From Podarcis filfolensis (lineage: Eukaryota), in NCBI GenBank assembly GCA_964270895.1, contig OZ185446.1: a DNA stretch of 64,000 bases; one strand, given 5' to 3'. The notes under the pieces were generated by a model. The model was given only the letters and a program-made list of their open reading frames with translations, did not search any database and was not told the DNA's origin. The position numbers and the translations under genes were made by a program. Shown here piece by piece: positions 1-9,678 of this stretch (position 1 is the first letter of the stretch; every line of letters starts with the position of its first letter).

Positions 1-299
1 GTAGGGAAGTATTTTTGCATTGCTCTCCAGCTACCCCTTCCGGCCACTTCAGAGAACTGCAACAGGATCCTTATTTTCAAAGGCAGGTTGGCTTTATTAA
101 TTAATTATAATGCTTCTAAGTCCACCTTTTTGCTGCAACAATCTCCAAGATGGCTCATTAAGCAAAACAACAACAACAACAACTCTCAAAATGTAAGTTG
201 TGCTCCAGGTGGCAAGGGCAAGTGTAGCAACACCTCCAAAGAAGTTCTGAATATGCATGTAGATCACGTCAGCAATGAGGCTTCTCAGTGGATAGCAGT

Positions 300-551
300 G
301 GTACCCAGTATAGAAGCCTTCAGATGCTGTGGGCTACAACTTCCACCATATCTGGGCAGATAGAAAGACATTTGAGCCCTGGGCCTGAGGTTCTCAGCCT
401 CTGCAGTCCCAATGGCTCAGGGCTGCAACACCTCAATATAACCATCCTTGACTCTGTGTTCCCCATATAAACCATCCTGGACTCTGCGTTCATCATCTGA
501 GTCCCTTCTTGGTATTCCTCCTCCACAAGAGGTCCAGAGGGTGGCAACAGG
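300..551 (+). mobile_element. L2-like LINE 3' fragment, left part (interrupted by the LTR element)
   Basis: 463-551 translates as PYKPSWTLRSSSESLLGIPPPQEVQRVATG, matching the L2 ORF2 C-terminal PYxPxRxLRS..LLxVP pattern. The frame continues at 5466. The left boundary is approximate. Confidence 0.7.
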
Positions 552-881
552 TGTTATGTACTGAGTTGAATAGGATCCAAACTGCAGCAGTCTGATTGGT
601 CCTAGAACAATAGGATCCAAACTGCAGCAGTCTGATTGGTCCTAGAACAATGCAGCAGTATGATTGGTTGGCAGGAACTACCCAATCATGCTCCAGATAG
701 AAGTGAATCCACAACCTGATTGGCTTACAGTAGAATTCCGGAATTAGCCAATCATGTGCAGCCCATTGTGTAAATAATGTATATAAAGCAGATACTTTGA
801 TGGGACATTCATTCATTCCTCCTCACCACTATGAGCTGAATAAAGAGCATGAAATCACTTCGCGACTCTGAGTATATTTCA
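552..881 (+). repeat. 5' LTR (330 bp)
   Basis: Starts TGTTATG and ends TATTTCA. Two 40-bp units (569-608, 609-648), six CCAAT/ATTGG boxes, TATATAAA at 780-787, AATAAA at 839-844. Confidence 0.97.
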
Positions 882-882
882 C

Positions 883-900
883 TGGCGACGAAGGTGGGAT
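883..900 (+). promoter_or_regulatory. Primer-binding site, probably tRNA-Ser(GCU)
   Basis: TGGCGACGAAGGTGGGAT starts 1 nt after the 5' LTR. It is complementary to the recalled 3' end of vertebrate tRNA-Ser(GCU), ...AUCCCACCUUCGUCG-CCA. The tRNA identity is from memory. Confidence 0.8.
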
Positions 901-1005
901 CCCGCTGAGCTGACTGCCACACACAGCACCGCAGCACCGCCACCTGCCGCACCGCTGCCTCGCACCGTGTTCCAGGCTTCAGCTCCGGGACACAAGAAAC
1001 TCAGA

Positions 1006-4000
1006 ATGGCAACCGACAACAGCTTCTCGCCATTCAACCCAGCATCTGGAGACTGGGAAGCGTACGCCTCCCGTTTCACCTTCCTCCTAGAAGCCAAAGG
1101 GGTCACCGACGAAGAAGACGCCAAGAAGAGGGCGATATTCTTCAGCGTCTGCGGAGAGGAGACGTTTGAAATCGCCCGGGCTCTCCTTGCGCCTGAAGAC
1201 GTCGCTACTGTTCCATACAAAACAATAATGGAACAGCTGAAGGGGCACTTTTCGCCGCAGCCCTCAGTGGTGGCTCGTCGAAATGCCTTCTACGCAAAGC
1301 GGCAAGCCCCTGGGGAAACCATAACTGGGTTTGTGACCTCTCTCCGCCAAGCCGCCCGGTTCTGCAACTTCTCAGAGCTGGAGAACATGCTTCGTGACCG
1401 CCTCGTCGGTGGCCTGAAGGATGAGAAGCTGCAACGACGCCTCTACGCTAAGAAGGACCTAACGTTCCAGGTCGCTCTGGAGGAGGCCCTGGCAACGGAA
1501 GCTGCCAAGAGGTCGACGCAAGAGGCACGGCCGAGCCAGCTGTCCCAACTGAGGGTCCACCACGAAGACCTCACCGACGACTCAGGACCCGACAGGGAGG
1601 AGGTGCACCGAGTACAGCAGCGCACTCAAGCAGCCCACATACCACAGCTGCCTCGACGAGAAGGAGGGAACTGCGCAAGCTGTGGAGAAAGTCACGAGAG
1701 GAGGACCTGCCGTTTCCGCAACGCAGAGTGCAGGCAGTGCAGAAAATTGGGACACATCGCCCGGGTGTGTCGGGCTCGGCCCACCCGACGCCAGGCATCA
1801 GATGACCAATCCAAGAGCCCCAGGTCCCGGGGCCCAACGCACCAAGGCAACTCGACAGAGCTCACGGACTTCCAGGTATACCAGTTGCCCCACCCCAACG
1901 TAGAGAAAATTTATGTTGACGTACAGATAGAGGGGGCCCCATGCCGCATGGAGCTTGACACGGGTTCAACTCTATCCATAATCTCGGCAAGGACCTTAAG
2001 GAAACTGTGTCCTACTGGGGGTCCCAAACTCAGGCCGGCCCCATTCACCCTCCGGGACTTCCAAAAACGTAAGGTCCCCACAATGGGGGTGGGGACCTTC
2101 AGGGTGCAATACCGAGGGCGGACGCGGCAACTGGACTTGCTTGTGGTCAAGGGCCCCTACATTAGCTTACTGGGATTGGCATGGTTTGGACCACTGGGGC
2201 TAGCCGTCACCGGGGTGAACCACACTAGCTTACAAGTGGACGTGGACGCCATATGCAAGGAATTTCCGGGGGTTTTCGGTGGGAAATTGGGACAGTATAC
2301 GGGCCCCCCCATTGCTCTACAGCTTGACCCCGCAGTACGACCGGTCAGGCTCAAGGCCCGCCGGGTCCCGTTCGCCCTGAAACCCCGTATAGACGAGGAA
2401 TTGGACCGGCTCGTGGAGCAAGGAGTGCTGGAGCCGGTGCCTAATGCCCCCTGGGAAACCCCAATCGTCACGCCCGTCAAGCCTAATGGTTCAGTCCGCA
2501 TCTGCGCAGACTACAAATGTACCATAAACAAGGCCCTCACGGCCCATGCATACCCAGTGCCAGTGGTCAGCCATGTTCTTGCCACCCTGGCTGGGTCGAA
2601 AATTTTTGGCAAGCTGGACTTGGCCCAAGCATATCAACAGCTGCCAGTAGATGAGGCCACAGCAGAGGCACAGACGATTGTGACGCACAGAGGAGCATTC
2701 AGGGTAAAGCGGCTGCAATTCGGTGTCAGCGTGGCACCAGGCATATTCCAGAATCTAATGGACTCTCTACTTAAAGGGATTCCTGGCGTCACCCCCTTCT
2801 TCGATGATGTGTTGATTGCTGGGCCCACACCAGAGGAGTTTGAGGACCGCCTCCGCACCATTCTGCACCGTTTCCAGACGGCGGGTCTCAAGGTGAAGCG
2901 GGAAAAATGTCTACTAGGAGTGCCTCAGGTGGACTTTCTGGGATTTATGGTGGACGCAGAAGGGGTCCACCCGACTGGGGACAAGGTACGGGCCATTTGT
3001 GATGCCCCAGCGCCCAAGAACAAGACTGAACTTCAGGCCTTCTTGGGACTATTGAACTTTTACCATTCCTTCCTTCCCCACAAGGCGGCGGTAGCAGAGC
3101 CCCTACACAGACTCCTGGACAAGCGGGCCCCTTGGGTGTGGGGCCAGCGCCAGGAGGCCGCATTCCAGGCAGTCAAGGACTTGCTTGTCTCAAACTCGGT
3201 CTTGGCACACTTCGACGAGAGGCTGCCGGTGGTGCTAGCATGCGATGCCTCGCCCTATGGAATTGGCGCTGTCCTGGGACACCAACTCCCGGATGGAAGA
3301 GAGGTACCGGTGGCATACTTTTCCCAGACACTCAACGCAACCGAGCGGAACTACTCGCAAATCGACAAGGAGGGTCTGGCAATCGTGAAGGGAGTAAAAA
3401 AATTCCATGATTTCTTGTACGGGCGGCCCTTCACCGTGGTGACTGACCACAAGCCGTTGCTTGGCTTATTTGCCCCTGAAAAGCAGACCCCCCAAGTGCT
3501 GTCTCCTCGCGTCCTCAGGTGGTCAATTTTCCTTGCCAGCTACCAGTATGCACTGATTCACCATCCGGGGAAGGCGATGGGCCATGCGGATGCCCTCAGC
3601 AGGCTACCACTACCGGAAACAGGCCCCGACCCAGCACCTGCACAAGAGGTTATGAGCCTGGAGCTGCTTCCCGACCGCCCCATTCAGGCACAAGAAGTTG
3701 CACACCATTCCAAGAAAGATAGGGTCATCTCCCGGGTCCTGGACTGGGTGTGGAGGGGATGGCCCAGCAGCAGCCCCGGGCCAGAATTTGCCGGCTACAC
3801 AACCCGCAAACATGAACTGTCGGCCCACAAGGGGTGCCTGTTATGGGGAAGCAGGGTCGTTGTTCCCCAGCCCCTCCGCAAAAGGGTCCTCACAGCCCTA
3901 CACGAGACACACCCAGGGGTAGTAAGAATGAAGGCCCTTGCCAGGAGTTATGTGTGGTGGCCGGGGATCGACGGAGAGATAGAGGCCTGGGTCAAACACT

Positions 4001-5082
4001 GCCAGGCCTGCCAAGAATCCCGCCCAGATCCCCCAAGGGCCCCAGTCCAGTCCTGGGAGTCCGCCCGAGCACCATGGTCACGCCTGCATGTGGACTTCGC
4101 TGGTCCCTTTCAGGGGAAAACATTCTTCATAGTGGTGGACTCCTACACCAAATGGCTGGAAGTCGCACTGGTACCGTCCACTTCTACGTCCGCAGCCATC
4201 CGGGTACTACGCAGGCTGTTTGCAACCCACGGGCTCCCTGACACTCTCGTCTCAGACAACGGGACTGCATTTACGTCAGGAGAATTCCAAACCTTCACAG
4301 CGCAGAACGCCATCCGCCACATCCGTTCGGCGCCATTCCATCCTGCCACCAATGGCCAAGCAGAACGCATGGTGCGGACCACCAAGGACACCCTTCGCCG
4401 CATGACGCAAGGGGATTGGGAGTACCGCCTTGCCACATTCCTTCTAGCACAGCACAGCACCCCCAGCTCAACGACTGGCTGGAGCCCCGCTGAACTACTA
4501 ATGGGTCGGCGCCTTGCAATCAGATTGGACCGCCTTCACCCCGATAGAGCTCAGGATGAGGTAGGAGTGGGGGAAGGCAGGAACCCCTGGACCTTCGAGG
4601 CCCAGGACCCAGTGTACGCAAAGAATTTTGGGGCAGGCCCAGCATGGGTACCCGCCACAGTCACCAGGGTCACTGGCCCCGTGTCGTACGAGGTGCTAAC
4701 AGATGGAGGGCAATGCTGGCGCCGTCACTGCGACCAGATACGGCGACGATTCCCGGGAGAAAACCAGGAGGAGGAAAGTTCAGAGGAGTCCCAAGGGAAC
4801 AGAGGGGCAGTGAGGCCCATAGAGCACGAGGGGCCAGCAGGAGAGGCAGAATCAGTAAATACAGAGAGGACCTGCGAGGCCGAAAGGACACCGGAACCAG
4901 AACCACGACTGAGCGAGCCAGTTGCGCCAGACCAAATAGCCCCATCACAGCCAGCATCCTTGGAACACGAGCCAGAACCTGAACCCCGGACCAGGGAACA
5001 CCCCAGGCCGCAACGCACACGTAGGCCGCCAGCGTACCTCGAGGACTATGAATGCAACCTCCCGGGCAGGACTGGAACTTAG
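1006..5082 (+). CDS. Gag-Pol polyprotein, 1358 aa from the first ATG
   Basis: Gag with two Zn knuckles (CASCGESHERRTC, CRQCRKLGHIARVC), protease LDTGS, RT (KLDLAQAY...FFDD), RNase H (CDAS...E...TDH), integrase HHCC (LHETH...CQAC) and D,D35E core (HVDFAG, VSDNG, QAERM). No internal stop. The ORF track starts at an upstream GTG (967). Confidence 0.96.
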   Translation: MATDNSFSPFNPASGDWEAYASRFTFLLEAKGVTDEEDAKKRAIFFSVCGEETFEIARALLAPEDVATVPYKTIMEQLKGHFSPQPSVVARRNAFYAKRQAPGETITGFVTSLRQAARFCNFSELENMLRDRLVGGLKDEKLQRRLYAKKDLTFQVALEEALATEAAKRSTQEARPSQLSQLRVHHEDLTDDSGPDREEVHRVQQRTQAAHIPQLPRREGGNCASCGESHERRTCRFRNAECRQCRKLGHIARVCRARPTRRQASDDQSKSPRSRGPTHQGNSTELTDFQVYQLPHPNVEKIYVDVQIEGAPCRMELDTGSTLSIISARTLRKLCPTGGPKLRPAPFTLRDFQKRKVPTMGVGTFRVQYRGRTRQLDLLVVKGPYISLLGLAWFGPLGLAVTGVNHTSLQVDVDAICKEFPGVFGGKLGQYTGPPIALQLDPAVRPVRLKARRVPFALKPRIDEELDRLVEQGVLEPVPNAPWETPIVTPVKPNGSVRICADYKCTINKALTAHAYPVPVVSHVLATLAGSKIFGKLDLAQAYQQLPVDEATAEAQTIVTHRGAFRVKRLQFGVSVAPGIFQNLMDSLLKGIPGVTPFFDDVLIAGPTPEEFEDRLRTILHRFQTAGLKVKREKCLLGVPQVDFLGFMVDAEGVHPTGDKVRAICDAPAPKNKTELQAFLGLLNFYHSFLPHKAAVAEPLHRLLDKRAPWVWGQRQEAAFQAVKDLLVSNSVLAHFDERLPVVLACDASPYGIGAVLGHQLPDGREVPVAYFSQTLNATERNYSQIDKEGLAIVKGVKKFHDFLYGRPFTVVTDHKPLLGLFAPEKQTPQVLSPRVLRWSIFLASYQYALIHHPGKAMGHADALSRLPLPETGPDPAPAQEVMSLELLPDRPIQAQEVAHHSKKDRVISRVLDWVWRGWPSSSPGPEFAGYTTRKHELSAHKGCLLWGSRVVVPQPLRKRVLTALHETHPGVVRMKALARSYVWWPGIDGEIEAWVKHCQACQESRPDPPRAPVQSWESARAPWSRLHVDFAGPFQGKTFFIVVDSYTKWLEVALVPSTSTSAAIRVLRRLFATHGLPDTLVSDNGTAFTSGEFQTFTAQNAIRHIRSAPFHPATNGQAERMVRTTKDTLRRMTQGDWEYRLATFLLAQHSTPSSTTGWSPAELLMGRRLAIRLDRLHPDRAQDEVGVGEGRNPWTFEAQDPVYAKNFGAGPAWVPATVTRVTGPVSYEVLTDGGQCWRRHCDQIRRRFPGENQEEESSEESQGNRGAVRPIEHEGPAGEAESVNTERTCEAERTPEPEPRLSEPVAPDQIAPSQPASLEHEPEPEPRTREHPRPQRTRRPPAYLEDYECNLPGRTGT

Positions 5083-5092
5083 AGGGGAGGGG
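5081..5092 (+). promoter_or_regulatory. Polypurine tract
   Basis: AGAGGGGAGGGG directly abuts the 3' LTR. Confidence 0.9.
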
Positions 5093-5462
5093 TGTTATGT
5101 ACTGAGTTGAATAGGATCCAAACTGCAGCAGTCTGATTGGTCCTAGAACAATAGGATCCAAACTGCAGCAGTCTGATTGGTCCTAGAACAATAGGATTCA
5201 GAATGCAGCAGTCTGATTGGTCCTAGAACAATGCAGCAGTATGATTGGTTGGCAGGAACTACCCAATCATGCTCCAGATAGAAGTGAATCCACAACCTGA
5301 TTGGCTTACAGTAGAATTCCGGAATTAGCCAATCATGTGCAGCCCATTGTGTAAATAATGTATATAAAGCAGATACTTTGATGGGACATTCATTCATTCC
5401 TCCTCACCACTATGAGCTGAATAAAGAGCATGAAATCACTTCGCGACTCTGAGTATATTTCA
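5093..5462 (+). repeat. 3' LTR (370 bp)
   Basis: Identical to the 5' LTR by eye except for a third, slightly diverged 40-bp unit (5190-5229). Confidence 0.97.
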
Positions 5463-5765
5463 AGGAGAATGGGCCTTTTCTGCGATGGCTCCCTGTTTGC
5501 ACAATTCTCTCCCCAGGGAGGTTTGTCTGGCACCTTCATTATAATCTTTAGGTGAAAATGTTCCTCTTCAACCAGGCCTTTGGCTGATTAATATTCCACA
5601 GCCTGATAAATGTTTGTTTTTGTATGGGTGGGTGGGTGTGTTTTGTTTTGTTTTTGTCTTGGTTATTTATTTGTGCATTTATCCTGTATTTTTATCTTGT
5701 GAACTGCCATGCTATCTTCGGGCGAAGGGCAGTGCATAAATTTAATTAATTAATTAATTAATTAT
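5463..5765 (+). mobile_element. L2-like LINE 3' fragment, right part with simple-repeat tail
   Basis: Continues EWAFSAMAPCLHNSLPREV (L2 AFSxxAPxLWNxLP motif), then a T-rich 3' UTR ending in (TAAT)n at about 5740-5764. Confidence 0.7.
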
Positions 5766-6679
5766 GCAGAGTCTATGTGCATACAGCAGGCTCCACAGCA
5801 GACGTTTGCCCATCAAAATGTGGAGGGCAGGACAAACTGGCCTGAGGACATGACAGAAGGGGCAGGGCTAGCACACACACCCCTTGCCTTCTGCCTTATA
5901 ATACTCATGCCTTTTGACAAAACAGCTTTATTGCATGAAGGAAAGACTACATTTTGTAAACACATGGTGCACACATTGGTTGTGGGTCCCCAGCATCTCA
6001 AAAGCCCCCCCCCCCCAGGGCAAGTGTCCTCAGACTCTCATTTCCCCTTCAAACGCTACAGCAGTCACCAAGAGAGAAGCACCCGATGAGCAGCCAATTT
6101 GTAAAGTCTGTACTGACCCACAGGCATCCTTTTAACCCAAATGGAACTCAACTGCAGGTTGTCATCCCCCTAGATTTACTGGCTGCGAGCAATTCCTCTC
6201 CCTTCCTCCCTCTCTAATCAAACCAAAACATGCTCTTGGGTTTTCTGTTCTTTTCATTCTGCTGAAATCAGTGGGTACCTATTTGTATACACAAAACAAC
6301 CAGAGGGAAGGATTTATGGACTTTCAGGAACTGAACCCAATAGCAGAGTAAGGCAATAAGGACATAGGCTTTGCTGCTGATGTTTTAAAGATGGAGACAT
6401 GGAAGAAATAAAATTAACCAAGGGGAAAGCTATTTACTCTTCTTGGAACCGGAATTATAACTGAGCTGTTTGCTCCCAGCTCAGCCAGCCTAAAAACTAA
6501 AAATCTCAATTCTCAATTAAGGAGATTCAAAAAGGGGTGGGGCTTTTTGTAGGCATAAGAGTGTTAAAAATAAAGTGGAAATTGTAAAAGGCCTGAGAAG
6601 CAACAGCTATTGAAAGAAGCTGTGTGCAATCCTAGAATAGCATTTTCCTATACACCCTTCATGATCACCACTAGGGCTT

Positions 6680-6805
6680 TGGGATGGACTCTCATGGACT
6701 CTCCCTCATTGGAGGGTCTTGAAGAGAGGTTTGATGTCTTTCTTTAGCTGTGATTCCTGCATTGCATTGACGACCCTTTGTGCCCCTTCTGATGCTACAG
6801 TTCTG
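6680..6805 (+). mobile_element. Degenerate CR1 3' end
   Basis: GGACTCTCCCTCATTGGAGG...GATTCCTGCATTGC...ACAGTTCTG resembles the recalled CR1 3' UTR. Confidence 0.55.
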
Positions 6806-7563
6806 GTAGAAAGTGGATATTGGAAACAAAGGGGTGCCAAAGAAGAAAAAACAAGGCAGTTCAGAATCTCATATTAAAATATATATTGGACTGTGCAATA
6901 CTATGCATGCCTAGGAAGAAGTTATTTCTTTACTGCATCTGTCTTTCCAAGAACCTTGAAATGACGGGCACCAGCCTTTCCAAACCTGGTGTCCTCCATC
7001 TGTTATAGGACCCTGGTTCCCATAAGCCACAGTCCATGTACCCAGTGGCCAGCCCTGTTGCACAATCTGATGTGTTCTTATGCCCACAAGACTCGCTTTT
7101 CATGTAAAGCACCCCCAAATTCCACAACATATTGCTCACCTTAGTGGATGGCCTCTTAGGATGCCAAAGCTGCCATCCATAATCCCTGTGCTTATCCCAC
7201 TACGGTTGGAATGGGTTGGGGGGATTTTGCATGCTCCATAGTTAAGCCATACCTTCATTTCTTGCACCTGGAGCACAGCTTTTTGCTTTTAAAATTGAAC
7301 TTCTTTGCTCCCAGAGAAAACAATGGGGACCTACTGTTATGGGTTTGAGAGGGGGACAGATTCCCCTAAAAGTCCTGGGTACAATATCCCCCCTACCCCC
7401 ATAATTTCTAGAGTTAATAAATGTAGAAGATTACTAGATGCTTGAAGTCTTCACCCAGGTGTGAGGCAGCTTAGCAGTGTAGTAATTCAGGCTGAATCAG
7501 TTCCCTGGAATTGGCTGGGGAGAAGAACTATCATGCAGTATAAAGCAAGGTAATGGGTAATTA

Positions 7564-7921
7564 GGGATGCAGGTGGCACTGTGGGTTAAACCACAGGGCC
7601 TAGGACTTGCCGATCAGAAGGTCGGCGGTTCGAATCTCTGTGATGGGGTGAGCTCCCGTTGCTCGGTCCCTGCTCCTGCCAACCTAGCAGTTCGAAAGCA
7701 CGTCAAAGTGCAAGTAGATAAATAGGTACTGCTCCGGCGGGAAGGTAAACGGTGTTTCCATGTGCTGCTCTGGTTCGCCAGAAGTGACTTAGTCATGCTG
7801 GCCACATGACCCGGAAGCTGTATGCTGGCTCCCTCGGCCAATAAAGCGAGATGAGCTCCGCAACCCCAGAGTCGGTCACAACTGGACCTAATGGTCAGGG
7901 GTCCCTTTACCTTTACCTTTT
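7564..7921 (+). mobile_element. Sauria SINE (lacertid type)
   Basis: tRNA-like head with B-box GGTTCGAATC (7627-7636), (ACCTTT)n tail, 12-bp TSD TAATGGGTAATT (7551-7562 and 7922-7933). Confidence 0.92.
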
Positions 7922-8224
7922 TAATGGGTAATTGACACAAACAGTTACTCTGTGCTGGGCAGTGAAGGAGAGTGTGAGCCTCTCCTTCCATGAGGGGATG
8001 GTGAGCAGAGACAAAGGGCAGGTAAGAGATCTTGGGGGTTTTGGTGGACAGCTCCATGAAAATGATGACCCAGCTGTAAAAGGTGAGTAATGGTAAAGAT
8101 TTGTAAGAGTATGTATGCTGGAAAGAAAGTGTGTGGGGGGGTTCTCCTTCTGTCAAAAGAGCAGAACTCTGGGTCGTCTGGTGAAGCTGAATAGTGGAAA
8201 GCTCAGAAGATACAAATGAAGTAC

Positions 8225-8560
8225 ATCTTCACACGGTTAAACTATGGAATTGCGGCAGTGGGCACCACCTTAGGCAGCATTCAAGGGGGATTAGACAAAT
8301 GCATAGAGGACAAGGCTATTAACCCATACTAGTGATGGCTATTTGCTGCCTCCCGATCCAAGAACATAAGGTGCATGTTTCTTAATAGCACTTGCTGGAG
8401 AGCAACAGCAAGGGAAGCTATTGCCCATTAGGGCAAAATAAATATTGCCCTAACGTTAGCTTGCAGGATTCCCACTGGCATCTGGCTGGCCATTGAGGAA
8501 AACAGGATGCTGGGCCAGATAGGCCTTTGGTCTGATCCCACAGGGGTCTTATTATGCTCA
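8225..8560 (+). mobile_element. Degenerate CR1 3' fragment
   Basis: Ends AACAGGATGCTGGGCCAGATAGGCCTTTGGTCTGATCC...TTATG. The same tail recurs near 10510-10625, 15590-15675 and 36180-36250. Confidence 0.55.
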
Positions 8561-9187
8561 GATCCTCAGCAACAGTCATTCATAAACTTCCAGCATAAAG
8601 CCGCCGCAAGAGAGATCGTGCCGTTGCTCCAAGTCAGCCATGCATTCTGAAGCTTTGGGTGACAATGTTGCAATAGTTTCAAAATTGGACCAAAACAGAG
8701 GAATTGCTGTTATGGCTCTTTCACAAAGGCCGCTTGTAGGAAGTGTCCTCGTCCCGTGCTCCTGCTCTGTCGACTTGTGCAGCAAGTGTTGTTGGCGGAG
8801 GAAGCCAGAAACTCATCCAAGTGTGCTGTGGGGTCCCCACGCATTGAAAGGTTACAAGACCCATAATGCTTTCTAAATGCCATCTTACTCAGAAAACATG
8901 TCTAAGGAGTCCTGTGCTCAGGGGCTAAGAACAAACTGGAAGCAGAGACTGAAATGTGGTCTTTTGAACCTCTTTCGTTAGGAGCAGAGAAACCATAGGC
9001 CTGGGGACCAAATAAGGCTCTCTGGACTTGAGGCTTTCCTCAGACCCCACCCCTTCTCCGCAGGTCATGCTCTGCCCCAGGCCTCCTTCAAGTGATTTTG
9101 CCTTTCTGGAAACTATGATAAGGTCTCTTTCTTGCCTGGATTGGGGTGGGTGCATATAGAAGCCTGAAGCTTTTGCATTGCTGGAAT

Positions 9188-9678
9188 TGTTGTTTAGTCG
9201 TTTAGTCGTGTCTGACTCTTCGTGACCCCATAGACCAGAGCATGCCAGGCACTCCTGTCTTCCACTGCCTCCCGCAGTTTGGTCAGGCTCATGTTTGTAG
9301 CTTCGAGAACACTGTCCAACCATCTCGTCCTCTGTCGTCCCCTTCTCCTTGTGCCCTCCATCTTTCCCAACATCAGGGTCTTTTCCAGGGAGTCTTCTCT
9401 TCTCATGAGGTGGCCAAAGTATTGGAGCCTCAGCTTCACGATCTGTCCTTCCAGTGAGCACTCAGGGCTGATTTCCTTCAGAATGGATAGGTTAGATCTT
9501 CTTGCAGTCCATGGGACTCTCAAGAGTCTCCTCCAGCACCATAATTCAAAAGCATCAATTCTTCGGCGATCAGCCTTTTTTATGGTCCAGCTCTCACTTC
9601 CATACATCACTACTGGGAAAACCATAGCTTTAACTATATGTACCTTTGTTGGCAAGGTGATGTCTCTGCTTTTTAAGA
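9188..9678 (-). mobile_element. RTE-BovB LINE, 5'-truncated
   Basis: Minus strand encodes ...VFPVVMYGSESWTIKKADRRRIDAFELWCWRRLLRVPW...RWLDSV (BovB C-terminus). (AAC)n tail and 9-bp TSD TGCTGGAAT (9179-9187, 9679-9687). Confidence 0.93.

Larger units (their letters stand above)
552..5462 (+). mobile_element. Full-length Ty3/Gypsy LTR retrotransposon (Mag-like), in ITGA8 intron 2, antisense to the host gene
   Basis: TG...CA LTRs at 552-881 and 5093-5462, PBS at 883-900, PPT at 5081-5092, one long polyprotein ORF in gag-PR-RT-RH-IN order, no env. Confidence 0.97.

Noticed and set aside
569-648. 40-bp direct repeats as a CRISPR-like array
   Set aside because: The units are contiguous with no unique spacers, lie inside an LTR of a vertebrate genome, and no cas genes are present.
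4644-5161. Possible env or accessory ORFs near the 3' end of the retrotransposon
   Set aside because: Pol runs right up to the PPT. The short alternative-frame and antisense ORFs are shadows of GC-rich coding DNA with no signal peptide or TM organisation.
7614-8156. 180-aa and 127-aa ORFs (also 22082-22465)
   Set aside because: They are antisense translations of Sauria SINEs.
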